The translations under genes and the position numbers were made by a program. The notes beneath the pieces were generated by a model, which was not told where the DNA came from, did no database searches, and saw only the letters and a list, made by a program, of their open reading frames with translations. Of a stretch of DNA of 64,000 nt, positions 49,749 to 63,383 are shown in pieces; position 1 is the first letter of the stretch; the number at the start of each line of letters is the position of its first letter. Source of the DNA: Callorhinchus milii (lineage: Eukaryota); the NCBI RefSeq assembly GCF_018977255.1, contig NW_024704743.1, positions 64,482,001 through 64,546,000 on the forward strand, in the 5' to 3' direction.

Positions 49749-52700
49749 GTTAGTCCATCCCGCAAATTTTTAATTTCTTTTACACACAACCTGCTAAGTA
49801 AACTCTAAATAGTGTCAAAACACATTGTGGGTGTGACAGAAATGCTGCAGTAAAGATGATGTCCTCTCACTAGATTGAGCAGTCACACTGAATAAGAGTC
49901 TGGAAAGTTTTCTTTTGTGCATCTAAAAAATACAGTGATAAGGAATAATCTTCCTCTCTTAAGCAAATCATGAGTTACATATAATATATATATATACAGT
50001 TGTCGCAGCCTAACTTGCAAAAAGCTATTAATAAAAATATTAATCCTTGCATTTGATATAGCATATTTAATGTTGGGACAAAGTCACTGTACTTACAGTA
50101 TATCCTATGATGTGCTTTGAGACATCCTCCCGACCTGAAAGGTGCCATACCAAACCTAAGGATACTGTAAAGTATAATGACTGTGTATGGTGTAGGCAAA
50201 AGCAACAGCCAATTTGCGCACAGACAGGAATGTTCCACAAGTCATGAAGTGAGTAACCAAAGCTGTAGCTACAACACTATCCAAAAGCTGTAGGTAATCA
50301 AGTGAGAAGATTTGCTTTCTTCAACATAGAGGGTATCTTTCATTATCAAGAATGTAGTAGTATTCATTGCTCGGTAACCATTCTCAACAGAATTACCCAG
50401 AGTTCGTTAGACAGGAGTGTGGAATATACAATCTGCTGCACATGTTTGACTTGAAGATGTTGCCCAGCAACAAGTTGTGTTTCAGATTCTACCAATAGAA
50501 CAACAGGAATTAGTGTCACATTGAACATATCAAAGAAAGCTGTAAATGAAAGATACATGACCAGTTCAATGCCCAATTCTGCAACCAAGGAGTAACAGGA
50601 ACTTTTTTTTGTTATATGCAGTTAATATTTCAGAAAAGTCAACAATGTTTGATTTCTTGTGTCCATTCAATGGCATACACCTCCAGTTTTATAAATAGTG
50701 GAGGCACTTTTAGATAGAGTACATCTTTATTGCAATGAGGCAATCCATATTTCAGCAGCAGCATGAAGATTGAAAATTCAATATAATAAGAAGACAGCTT
50801 TGAAGCATACATCAATAGTGGATCTGAAAGCTCCTTGGCAATTCATGAAAATTGAAAGCTAAAATATACCAAGGGTAACAATTACACCCAATATTGTGTA
50901 CATGAATGGCAACCAGGGATATGAAGGCTAAAAAATAATCACAGAGAATCTAGCAAGTCACTACTGATACTTGGACACTGCTATCAAAATAAATTGCAGG
51001 CCTATCTATAATGGAATTTGTAGGTTTTCATTGGAATTGAACTGAAGCATGTTCTCTTGTATTAGGATTTGAAGGGACCAGAACCCTTGTCATTACCTCT
51101 TTAACAAAGGGAGAGATTTCAATTTCTGAACCTATTTTTTCTGGTGGATATCTGAGTCATGTTTCCAAGGATATTGTAAATAGTATGAAGAGTGTTGAAA
51201 TCTCTATCTCAGATGGGTTGAGAGGCTCATTTCTGTTCCTAAAGGTGCTAAACCATGGACACCTGCGATAAGTCAAAGACTGTTCACCAACCTTCAGGAG
51301 CAGAAGCTGAGATGAGTCTGCTGAAAGAAAGCATAAGCATTCTGATCTACTATTTCTTCATTCTGAATTACAGGATAGTCTGTTCTAGGCCATTTTGTTT
51401 CTGATTTGAGACCACTCACTTCCCAGTTTGAAAGAAGATGGTGAGGAGCCTCTCGTGGTTTTCTGAGTATTTAATGCAAGGATTATTATACAAAAATGAA
51501 CTTTAACAAAAGCTAGATAGATTTCAATCAACAACACAGGATAAACTCATGAGAAGCTCACATTAAAGTCTTAACGCTTAATAAAAAGAATGTCACAATT
51601 GTACTTTTCAATGGCAAATTATTGCTGCCAATAGAGGATATCTACTTTATATACCCTCATTTTTTCAGATCTATTCCATCCGTCATAGTGCTTTGAGTCT
51701 TCACACCTCGCAGTTTATTTGCCATTAGTAGCCATTGTTTTTATCATGATCTCACATACATGTCCCACCAGTTGGGACCTCTACGAGTGGTATTTGTTAC
51801 AGAACTGTTGCAAGATCTCTGCAGCAAACACAGACTTAATTGAAGAAAGTTGGAGAACTGTCTCTTATTTCTACAGGAATAGCAAGTGTCCAGGCTTGGA
51901 TCGAAGAAGGAAGTGAAAATAGCCCATCTGAACACAAAACCTGATGGCTTTTCCTATTCCCACTCTCAGGTCTTGAGCAAGCAGAAGCAATCCTGTCCTC
52001 AATGGGAATATATGAGGTGATGAAAACCAGATGTTTCTCTTCTCAGACACATATTGTGAGATTTACATGAAAAGTCTCAGGGAGTATGTTTTGGCTCCAG
52101 AGGAAGACAGAAGCTGTTGCTTTGTGGTTTGCCACATGTCTTTTAATGGATTTGATCATAATATATTTAGGTTCCTCACATCATTATCGTTGACTAAACC
52201 ACAGTTCTCTGTCAAATATTATTTTTTGCCTGACTAAGCATTGAAATATCTCTTTTTGACAAAAGTAGAGAGAAGATGATATAACTGGCATCCAAAATGC
52301 TTATTTTCCCATTCTTGTGTCTTAGATTCTCCGATCATTTTGGTATATTTGATCCCCTCACTAATGTTTGATCTACATTGTTAGTCTAAAAGTTTGGCAC
52401 ACTATATGTAATCAACTGCAAATATGACAATTACACTGGGAGCCAATCTCTCAACAAGCCAAATGATTATCCCAAAAATGAATTGCAGAGCACTTACCTA
52501 CTTCTAAAGTAGAAAAGCAGATGTTGATTACATCTGCAATGTTAAAACTGATTGTATAATTTATTAATCAGAGGTCTGGTTATGTGCTAGTTTGTGTGAC
52601 CTTGGGATATCAAGGTTGTCCGCTTATTTTTAAATGACCTTGAAAGGCCATAATATCGCTGTTTATTCCAGATCTACACATGGTTTCCCCAGTCTCTTGG

Positions 52701-53123
52701 TACATGATGGTGTTGCACCTAAACAATAATATAATATTAACAATTCTTAGATATAGTGCCTTATTACATCACCTGAAAGCCTCAAAGCACTTCATAGCAT
52801 TTACTGTAAAGTGTAATTTGTAGGCAAGCACAGCAAACAATTTGTGCGCACAACAATATCCCACAGTCATGAAGTGAATGACCAACATTTTATCTGGGGA
52901 ATTGCTAGCTAGGACAACAGGAAAAACTCCCATCTCTTTTTGAATAGTGCCATGTGAACTTTAATGTTCACTTGAAGACGGAAAAGGGAGCACAGTTTAA
53001 TGTCTCATCTGAAGAATGGCATCTCCAACAATGCAGCGTTCCTCCAGAGAGGCTTCAGTTCACAGTATAGGGAGATACTCCAGTATAGGAATAGCATTAC
53101 ATGGTCGGAGGTGTCTTCTTCTA

Positions 53124-53370
53124 TCTTCTTCTATATACTAGAAGACAAAATGTCTGTGTGTATCCGCCAAGAACGCAATGACAGATTGACGTAGAGATAT
53201 GATTTATCCTTCATTTGAAAGGTCTTGCAAGGGGAAGCGTTATGGGCATATTTGTTGGGGGAATCTCCTTTCATTGATGAGTTATATTAAAAAATTCTTT
53301 AATTAAGCCCCCAAAATATATGCATGGTATTCTGCAACAAAGTACCGACAGAGGTCACACACCCTTCTAG
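53124..53370 (+). mobile_element. Candidate non-autonomous Helitron; second 5' portion at 53380-53520
   Basis: A|TC start with TCTATA(TA)CTA...AAATGTCTGT, ending in CTAG at 53367-53370; the two copies are collinear over ~130 bp. Confidence 0.5.
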
Positions 53371-54609
53371 AGAGATACATCTATACTAACAAAGATGAAA
53401 TGTCTGTCTGTGTGTCTGTCTAATGGATTGATATAGAGATATGATTTATACTCAGCGGAAAGGTCTTATATCAGAGAGTGTCATGGGCATATTTTTTTCA
53501 GGGATTCTCTTATCGTGACCTAAACAAACTCATCACATATCACAAATGGACTCCAACAAGGAGTCCTCATAATACAAGTCCTCCCAACCAGGTAGTGAGG
53601 ACATCATTGTACTTTGTAGGTAAAATAAGGCAATTATTTTTTGCAGAGCGATGTCCTTCAAACGTCCATTGAGTGAATGAACAATTTTATTTGGGGGATT
53701 GTGGATCAGGACAACAGGAGAAACTGCTTTCTCTTTTCAAATAGTGCCATGGGATCTTTAATGTTCACCTCAACAGGCAGATGGGATCTTGGTTTAATGT
53801 ATCATCCAAAGAATGTCACCTCCAACAACTCCTCCCAAGACCGCACTGAAGTGTCAGTCTAGACACTGTGCTCAAAGTCCAGATGTGTGCCTTGAACCCA
53901 CAACCTTCACCTCAGAGATGAGAGTGCTACCAACTGAGCCAAGCTGATAGAGACAATGGTGAAATGTTCCATTTAATTGGAAAGGAAGTTATAAAACATA
54001 TGTTAGCAAAAATCTTGTGACAAAGTAGAATCATATCTCTACGTCAATCTGTCATTGCACAATATTTTTGTAACCTGTTTTTTCCTCGTGAGCTACAGTC
54101 TCATGCAGCTGCTAAAATGGGCCAAAGGAATTCATGTATAAAAGTAGTGTTTTAATGGCACACAGAATGACATGACAGATGTGAGGGAGAAAGCTCCTTC
54201 ACTTCATTTTGCTGGGGGCTTGAATAAAGAAAGCTGAGTTTGCAAGCAGAGAAATTGAACAGTTTGTGCGTTTTCTGCAAAACAAAATGTAATTTGGTAA
54301 GAATGATTTTCAAAGTGTAAATTCATGATAATAATATACACCCCTCCTAAAAGGAAAACACCAGGGTTTAATTTGCACTGTTTCTTAGCTGGCTTTCTAA
54401 ATAAGAAATCCTGTTAGAATTCCCAAGAGCTCCCACAAGCCAGTGTAATCATGATCTGAAAGAGTACCTCTTTGTGTGACTTGGATAAAATAATTCTGTT
54501 AAATACTGCAAGTTAAAGATACTGTATTCCCATAATTTTATTAAAGAATTTTAACAAATTTTTAAAAAAGTTTCATACTTTTACCTCAGTAAATGGTTCT
54601 CCATGTTTC

Positions 54610-55400
54610 CTCTTGGGAGAATTCCTCGAGGGAATCCACTCCGCTGCCTCTGCCATTTCTACTGCAACCCCCTCCCTAACTTCCCCTCTGGCCTCTACCT
54701 GTCCCTCCCTCCATATTTCCCCCCACTCTTCTCTCATCTCCATCATCTCCCAAACGAAGCTCACCACCTGCTCCCTTGACGCTATCCATACCCTCTTCTC
54801 ACCTCCCAGCTCCACCTCCTTGCCCCCTTCCCCCATTAACAGACATTGTTAACCTCTTTCTTTCTACCAGCACCATTTCACTCTCTTGAAAACAAGCATC
54901 ATTATCCCCATTGTTAAAACCTTCCCTTGACTCATCCCTTTTCTCCAACTACCAACCCATTTCCAACCACCCCTTTCTTTCCAAAGTTCTGGAATGAGTT
55001 ATGCCATGACCCATTCTGCCTTCCCCCACCTCGACCACTGCCTCTCCCCTTAGCCGACACCCTCATTCATGCATTTGCCAGATCCAGGCTCGATGACGCA
55101 AACGCCCTACTCGTTGGACTCTCCAACGCTCCCTCCACAAGCTGCAAATCATTTGGAACTCTGCAGCTCATCTTCTCTCCTGTACCTAGCTCTGTGACTC
55201 TATCACTTCCATTCTTGCCTGGCTTCACTGGCTCCCCTTCCCTAAGAGGATCAAATGTAAAATCCTCGTCCTCACTTTTAAATCCCTCCACAGTCATGCT
55301 CCTCCCTAACTCTCTGACCTCTTAACATCATACCAAATTGTCCACTCCATTCATTGAGCACTGGCCTGCTCCATGTCCCCCACCCTGCCAGTCCCACCAA
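54610..55400 (+). mobile_element. Old L2 fragment with internal deletion
   Basis: Degenerate TTCSLD and LIHAFARSRLD-like coding; homologous to 41640-41235 and 40515-40090. Confidence 0.8.
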
Positions 55401-56606
55401 CTGGAGGTGTTGCAGTGAATTGTCACACTGACCCTCGGCCTGAATCCTGCCCACAGACTCTCTCTCCTAAATTGGGCAATCTCAATACACTTCTTAATAG
55501 CCTTGGGACCACATTATAAACTATCCCATTATTTGGTGATAATATGCAGCAAATTGCATGAAATAAATAGTTTCACAAATCTGACTCTCAGTTAGTAAGA
55601 GAGGCCAAAGCTCTGGCTGATGTGGGAAACACATATTCTCTTAAAGCATAGTCTTGCTTTACATAGTCTGGAAACGCCTGGAGTCACTGGGAGCCAATGT
55701 TGCAAAAAATGTATTTCCCAACATTGACAACATGCTCTGGTAAGCATTGAATAAGTTAAACACCCCTCTCCGTAAAAGAAAAAAATTCTCAACCCTCTGC
55801 ATGGAGTCCAGTGCTGTACATATTTAATAACAAAAAAAACTTACCTCAGAATACCAGACCATAATATTTGCATATCATATTCCAAAGTATTGGCTATTAA
55901 AGATGGCAGTGATAGGATTGGCCCAGTTTAGAGCTAAACCCCCAAAGAGCTCAATTTCCCAATTAAATCTTAATTTGGAAGCGCACATTTCATATTAGCA
56001 AGGCTAGCATCACTCCATGCTGTCAGTTTCCATTCTATCCTGTTGGGGTATTCCAGTTTCCTTTCCTGTTACAAAAGCTGAGTTAATAATGAACAATTCT
56101 TGTCAAATGTCCAAGACATCCATCACCGAGACTGGATAACAATGCTTTAGGAGTGACAGCAAAAGAAAAAAATTCACAGAATCCACATTTGATGTTCTTA
56201 ATAAGAAAGGTACATTTTAATCAAAGAAGCTGTTCTGATTTGGAATACTGTCAGCATTGTTGTCTTTAGGGAAATTCTTTTTCGAGGGATGAAGAAGGAG
56301 TATGCATACAGAGAGCCAAGCATCCTGCCCCAGGCAAAGTATGTCTGTTCTCACCACTGCTCCACTGTGGCTTGCTCCATCCTATCCTGCAGCTTCTCAT
56401 ACCGAGGTCCAAACAGCACAATGCTGTGTGATAACTCAACCCCCATTGTCAAAAGACCTTTTCAACTTGTTCATCAAAGGCATTCACCATAATTAGAAGT
56501 TGTTCTAAATATACTTTAAGCAGATGATGGAGGATTGCTACATTAACAAATGACTATGTGGTCTGGACAGTGAGTTTGCTGCAGCACACACATGGTGAAA
56601 CTTCAA

Positions 56607-57409
56607 ACAACAACAACAACAACAACAACAACAAGATTCCATTTATAAAGCGCCTTTCACGTCAGGAGGACGTCCCAAGGCGCTGCACAGTTGGGTCAGG
56701 ACCCGAGCAGGGGGAAATGGTGAGGGTAAGGGGAGGGAAGGGAGGGAGCGAGGAGGGGGGAAATGTCAGGGTGAGGGAGGGAAGGGAGGGAGCGAGGAGG
56801 GGGAAGAGAGTCGAGAGGGGAGCTGAAGGCTCGGTCAAAGAGAAAGGTTTTGAGACCGGCCTTGAAGGAGGAGAGGGAGGAAGCAAGGCGAAGGCACTGG
56901 GGGATGGAGTTCCAGAGCCTGGGGGCTGAGAGGCTGAAGGCCCGACCACCGATGGTAGGGCGATTGGGGCGGGGGACGTGGAGCAGACCGGAGCCGGAGG
57001 AACGGAGGGTACGGGCAGGTAGGTAGGGGGATAGTAGGTCAGAGAGGTAGGAGGGAGCAAGGCCGTGGATGGGCTTATAGGTGAGGATGAGGATCTTGAA
57101 ATCAATCCTCTGGGGGATGGGGAGCCAGTGGAGGCGAGCGAGGGTGGGTGTGATGTGGTCCCGAAGCCTGGTGCGGGACAGTACACGAGCTGCAGAGTTC
57201 TGAATGACCTGAAGCTTGTGGAGGGAGGTGCCGGGAAGGCCGACGAGGAGAGAGTTCCCATAGTCCAGCCTTGAGGTGACAAAGGCGTGGACCAGGGTTT
57301 CAGCAGTGTGAGGGGTGAGGTAGTGCCGTAGTCTGGCGATGTTCCGGAGGTGATGGAAGGCGGTGCCAGTTGTGGTGCGGATGTGAGGGAGAAAGGACAG
57401 CTCAGGGTC
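56607..57409 (-). mobile_element. 5'-truncated young L2 (same family as 39761-43492)
   Basis: Near-identical to 39761-40550, with an open C-terminal ORF (56696-57412), a (TTG)n tail and TSD CAAACAA at 56604-56610 and 57410-57416. Confidence 0.95.
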
Positions 57410-57573
57410 CAAACAATGGCTCAGAACTCATAACATTATAAATTAAGTGCTAAAGTAGTCCATGCAGTACTTGTGCATTCATTATTTTACAATGGAAACT
57501 TTAAGCAAAAAAGTAGAACAAAAATCTTTTGAGTTTGATGGAAACATCCAGGCTTAGTACAAGTACAATTACT

Positions 57574-58100
57574 AGAAACCCATCACCATGCTTAAGAGTA
57601 TCCAAACCATACAAGACAGTTCCATATATGCATGCAACTTACACATAACAACTTATGTTTGGAATGGATTGCACACTCTCTTTATGGAGGGATGCACCTG
57701 CTTACTAACTCCAGAGAGCATTGGGCACAGGATGTTGAGAGCTGAGGCTTGGGGACCCAGAGAGTGTGTGTTGGGGTACTACTGGAGTTTAAACAGGTAA
57801 AACCGCATAGCTTGCCATTGAGAGTTCTGTCTGCTCATTTGGGGTTTTGGCTTACATGATTAGCAGGAGCTGGATGAGAAGAATCTCTGCCATTTACAGT
57901 CTGCCCTTCCACCTCCTGCCGATGAGCCAGGCTGACCGGTTTCTCAATGCAGTGTCCTGGAGTACAGCGAGCCTGCCTGGCTCAGACACTGGATTATTGA
58001 GTCTGCCACAAAGGGTTTACTTTATTCCAACATTCTTTTGCCAAGCATGTCACCATGGAGCCAGTTCAGCTCCAAGGAGATGCCGCTTACCTCCACCTTA
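57574..58100 (+). repeat. Unclassified interspersed repeat (other pieces at 1000-1165, 20320-20510, 31280-31680, 37805-37890 and 39151-39240 reversed)
   Basis: Shared blocks GAGCT.AGGCTTGGGGACCC, TTGGGGTACT.CTGGAGTTTAA, AAACCCATCAC..GCTTAA.AGTATCCAAA and ATTCCAACATTCT.TTGCCAAG. Confidence 0.8.
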
Positions 58101-60423
58101 AAGGAGAGTACTCACCAGCAATTCTAAACACTTAAATTAAGACCGTTCAATAATCTCATTTTGTGTTCTGTATTCTCATATATCTTGTTTAGCCTGTCGT
58201 ACTTTTTTAACTTCAGTTTTAGTGTTTTTCTGCCTAACTAAAGATTTAGTTTTAAATATTTTTCAGATTGATTGTGTTCTTGAGGCTTCATCCCCTACTG
58301 TGAAGCTTTTTACAATATTGTGAGCATTGTGAATAATATAAGAATACAACTTTTTTCATTTTAGTTTGTGCATTATTTCTAATTATAATAATCCTTGCAT
58401 TTGATATAGCACCTTATCACTTTGTTGAGATGTCTCAAAGCGTTCCATAGAATATATTGTAAAGTGGATTGACTATGAATTTTGTGGGCAAAATCCACAT
58501 CTTGGCGCTCCATCACATTTGTGTACGATCTACAGAAAAAACACGAAGAATCTATCTGAATGAATCCATCACATTGCTTCACAACAACTAAACTAATGTT
58601 TGAAATGCCAATATCCAAGCCATCTCCTGCATGAATATATTAATGAGAGCAGGACTCAAAGGAGCCGCAAGATGAAAGAGCCACACATGTGGAAGAAACA
58701 TATCAAGTTCTGGATAATCATGGTGTGCAGGTGTCAAGTCGGAATATAAATTGGAAACAGGAAATGCTACTGTTAAGGCTTTTTTTCCCCCCATTTTAGT
58801 TGTTTTGACTATAAATCTGCAATAAAAATAGAAATAAAAACAAATTTTGGCTACTTTTTTTGAAAACATCTCCGAATGGGTAGATAAAGAGTATGCGGTT
58901 GATATATATGAACTTCCAGAAGCTGTTTGATAAGAGATATGGGGAAAGGGCAGGTAAATAGGGCTGAAAGAATTCCTCCTAAAAGAGCCAGCCTACAATG
59001 GGCTGAATGGCTTAGTGGAATTTTTCACCAAAAGCTAGTTTCAAGATCAGTGGTATTTACCAGTGATATGAAGAATCTGAAAGAATATTTCATTTCTCTT
59101 CTTAATTAATAATGTTAAGGCTGGGTTGTACAAATCATTTTCAGCCTGAATATGCTTCCCTAATATATTTCTGGAGGTAAAATACATGCTGGAAACTTAG
59201 CACTGGATCTCTTTTTAAAAAGTATCAAAAGAATTTGCTTTAATACCATAAAATGCACAGCAACATCTTGAGATATAGCTACTAGAGCAAAATTGTTAGC
59301 TTGACATCAGGAATAATTAGCAGTGGGAAAATAAGCATGAACTTCAAAGGCATTGTTTCATATGCATGCAGGTGACATGATAATAATTCAATTACATATC
59401 CACCTCTGATACCTGGTGACATTGGTTGAAGTGTGTTTCCAACAATGATCCCTGATATCTTGGCTTTCAGCAGTAACTCACAACTACAGATGGGATAATA
59501 AGTAATGGCTTTAAAAATGTATGTTTCTACACAGTTAGCCTTCCTGTCGCTGCTTCCGAGGTGACTGCTCATAGTAAAACCCTGCTGTGCTTCTTTGTTA
59601 TTTCCAAATGGAGTTCACACTATTTGGTGCTCTGCAAGCCGGGCCTGTATACAGCTATTATCCCCAAGCACTGACCACACTAATCTCATCACATTAAGCA
59701 AACTAGGTCTGCAGTCTTGAAAGTCTGTCTTTTTTAATGTACATCTCCATCCTCCAGGCATATCTCTTCCCCCTCATTGACAGCCACTTCTAATTTGCAT
59801 CTCCTCTGTGTAATGGCTTTTGTTCTGCCAACTAAGTATTTGGGGGGTTGAAAATAAATTAATCAAGAGACATTGATGTGTCTCCCAGCACAATTTTACT
59901 CTTTCATTAAGTTTGGTGCTGTGCACTGTACAATTCTTATTTTTGTTGATATCACCAAGTATTTGACTTACATTGTGTAAAACCCAACGCATACAACATT
60001 AAAGTCATGGATGGGAGAAACAAAATACAATATTTACTCTTTAGAGATTTCAGCAATATCATAGAATCATAGAAACTCACAGCCACAACAAGTTTCATTA
60101 ATATAGTGCCCCTCACACAGGGTAGCAATCCACAGCACAGAAGGAGGCAATTCAACCCATCAAATCTGCACCGCTCTCAGAGCAAGGTTCAACCTTACTG
60201 CCCCACCTGTGCCTCTTTCATTTTCCTTGTTGGGGCATTCCATATTCCAACAACTTTCTGCATGAAAACATTTCTCCTAAGCTCTTGTCTCATCCTTCTT
60301 GTGACAATCTTTTAACTATGGCCCCCATTTCCTGTCTCTACCACCAGTGGAAATATGAAGAGGAATGAACACTCTTTTTGTATAAAATTCAGCGCTAATG
60401 TCAAGTAGTTAAAAAAAGAGGTG

Positions 60424-61865
60424 TTACATTAGAATACATTAGAATAGAATACATTAGAATATGTAGCACAGAAACAGGCCATTTGGCGCAACTAGTCTAT
60501 GCCTGTGTTTATGCTTCCTGCCCTTCCTCAACTAAGTCTTCAAGCATAACTTTCTATTCCTTTCTCCCTCATGTATCTATCTAACTTTCCCTTAAATGCA
60601 TCTATGTTATTTGCCTCAACAACTCCTTGTGGTAGCATGTTCCACATTCCCACTACTCTCCGTGTGAAGAATTTCTTCTAACTTCCCTATCTGATCTATT
60701 TGATCTATTTGTGACTATTTCATATTGATGGCCCCTGGTTTTGGTCTCCCCCACAAGTGGAAACATCTTCTCTATGTCTACCCTATCAAAACCTTTCATC
60801 ATTTTAAAGACCTCTATCAGGTCACCCCTTACCCTCCTCTTTTCAAGACAAAAGAGTCCAAGTATGTTCAGCCTTTCCTGATAGGTATAACCTTTCAGTT
60901 CTGGGATCATCCTTGTGAATCTCCTTTGCACCCTCTCCAGTGTCTCTCTATCCCTTCTATAATGTGTGGACCAGAACTGCACACAGTATTCTAAGTGTGG
61001 TCTAACCAAGGGTCTATAGCAGTTTACCATAACTTCCTTGCTTTTCATTTCTATCCCTCTAGAAATGAACCCCAATGCCTGTTTTTTTTATGGCCTTAAT
61101 AACCAGCATTGCTGGTTAAGTTAACCAGCATTGCTGGTTATTGCTCCGGAACATCGCCAGACTATGGCACTACCTCACCCCTCACGCTGCTGAAACTCTG
61201 GTCCACGCCTTTATCACCTCAAGGCTGGACTATGGGAACTCTCTCCTCGCCGGCCTTCCCGCCACCTCCCTCCACAAGCTGCAGGTCATTCAGAACTCTG
61301 CAGCTCGTGTACTGTCCCGCACCAGGCTTCGGACTACATCACTCCCACCCTCGCTCGCCTCCACTGGCTCCCCATCCCCAGAGGATCGAATTCAAGATCC
61401 TCATCCTCACCTACAAGGCCATTCACGGCCTTGCTCCCTCCTACCTCTCTGACCTACTACCCCCCTACTTACCTGCCCGTACCCTCCGTTCCTCTGGCTC
61501 CGGTCTGCTCCACATCACCCGCCCCAACCGCTCTACCATCGGTGGCCGGACCTTCAGCCTCTCAGCCCCGAGGCTCTGGAACTCCATCCCCCAGTGCCTT
61601 CGCCTTGCTTCCTCTATCTCCTCCTTCAAGGCCGGTCTCAAGACCTTTCTCTTTGACCGTGCCTTCAGCTCTCCTCTCGACTCTCTACCCCCTCCCTCCC
61701 TCCCTTCCCTCCCCTCACCCTGACCATTTCCCCCCTGCTCGGGTCCTGACCCAACTGTACAGCGCCTTGGGACGTCCTCCCAACGTGAAAGGCGCTCTAT
61801 AAATGGAATCGTGTTGTTATTGTTGTTGTTGCTACTTTTAGTGAATTATGTATGTGTGCCCCTAG
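60424..61865 (-). mobile_element. 5'-truncated CR1 LINE interrupted by the L2 at 61144-61831
   Basis: ORF 60653-61075 reads LVRPHLEYCVQFWS...LERVQRRFTRMIP...RGDLIEVFK; the 3' tandem repeat (TACATTAGAA)n lies at 60426-60460. Confidence 0.9.
61144..61831 (+). mobile_element. 5'-truncated young L2 inserted into a CR1
   Basis: C-terminal L2 coding sequence, stem-loop and (TTG)n tail; TTGCT lies on both sides; CR1 sequence resumes at 61832. Confidence 0.93.
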
Positions 61866-63058
61866 GGGTACACATTATCACTAATGATAATTATCATCAT
61901 AGAAACTGCCACCCTAATTTATCAACTGTCAGAAGATCTCATTTCCTGATGCCTTCCCTGTTCCTTCCACATTCAGTGCTATAGGATTCTTGTCTCATTG
62001 CATGGCATTGGAGTGCTGGTTTGAGAGACACAGATTTTCTTTTTCAGTTAAACCAGTATTATGCTAACCAGCACACTAATACCAATACTAATACTAATAC
62101 GCTCCATGAACCAGAGATTCAATGACAGCCACCGACCAACACAAAAACATTGCATGGAAGTGCGGGGGGGGGGGGGTTGGGGGAGAATCACACATAGGAT
62201 CAACTGTCATTAGCAAATGATTTAAGAATTGCAGAAAAACAGCATTAAAGTTAAAACTCAATTCAACAATTTGCCAAATTATGCACGTTCTACAATGTTA
62301 CATTAATGGAGTAAATCTAGACCCAGGTGGAATATTACACCATAAATTCTGTCTTTTACTGTTCATTTTTCTCACTGCTTTGATCATGCTTTAAATCTTT
62401 CCCTTCATTACTATTAATTTGAGGTCTGACGCATTTTTCAATATCACATTTTAACAGCATCATTCTCTAAGAGTTCCTTTTAAACCACCTCTAAGCAATT
62501 TGCCAAGAAGGCCAGGACACTAGATTCATTTAAAAGTTAGCTTGATACTATGATGGGAGGACAGTAGGGAAGGTAACTTCTGGAGGGTTGAGATCATATG
62601 GGCCAAAGGGCTTTATTCACCCAAACTAAGTTTGCATGATTTTATGAAAACATTGACAAGCTCAATGGACCTTTATTTCTCTAAAGATTTTAACTAATTT
62701 CTAAAAGGCAGGAATGCTGAGAGTTGCCTAACATTGATAATATTTATTTTGGCATAAGCTTCCAAATTGTCTTCCCTGTTTACACATTTCTTTATCTTAA
62801 CTAAGATTAGCAAACACACAAATGTCAGGCCCACCATTGTTAGTTTTTTTTAAAAATCTGTGGGGATGGATAGTGTAGTGGATCAGATATAAATCTTTCA
62901 TCTCAACGTTGACCCAGACAGAACCATAGACAGTTACTGCACAGAAGAAGGTCATTGGTGTTTGTGCCGGGTCTTTTAAAGAGCAAACCCTTCAGTCTAT
63001 TTTACCTTCCCTTACCTCATAGCCCTGTAGTTGACTCCTTTTTTGATATTTTGATATT

Positions 63059-63383
63059 TGGAGTCCTGTAGCTCAGTGGTTAGAGCACTCGCTTTGCAAG
63101 TGAGAGACCTGAGTTCAATTCCAGGCAGGGCGAAACCTTGGGCAAGTTTCCTTACTCCACACGCCTAATAATAATCCCTCCAAAAAACCAAAACAATAAT
63201 TAAATTGGTCATTTTCAATCTACGACTGTTTGTGGGACATTGCTGTGCGCAATTGGCTGCCGCGTTCGCCCACAAATATACAGTCAATTCACTTTACAGT
63301 GTGTTCTGTGAAGCGCTTTGGGACGTCCTCCTGACGTGAAAAGCGCTATATCAAATGCAAGGATTATTATTATTATTATTATT
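63059..63383 (+). mobile_element. Young tRNA-derived SINE inserted in a CR1 3' remnant (62920-63490)
   Basis: Intact CpGs and near-consensus sequence; the flanks join into a reversed CR1 3' end. Confidence 0.94.

Noticed and set aside
60426..60460. Short direct-repeat array (CRISPR-like)
   Set aside because: It is the CR1 3' terminal tandem repeat, has no spacers, and the context is eukaryotic.
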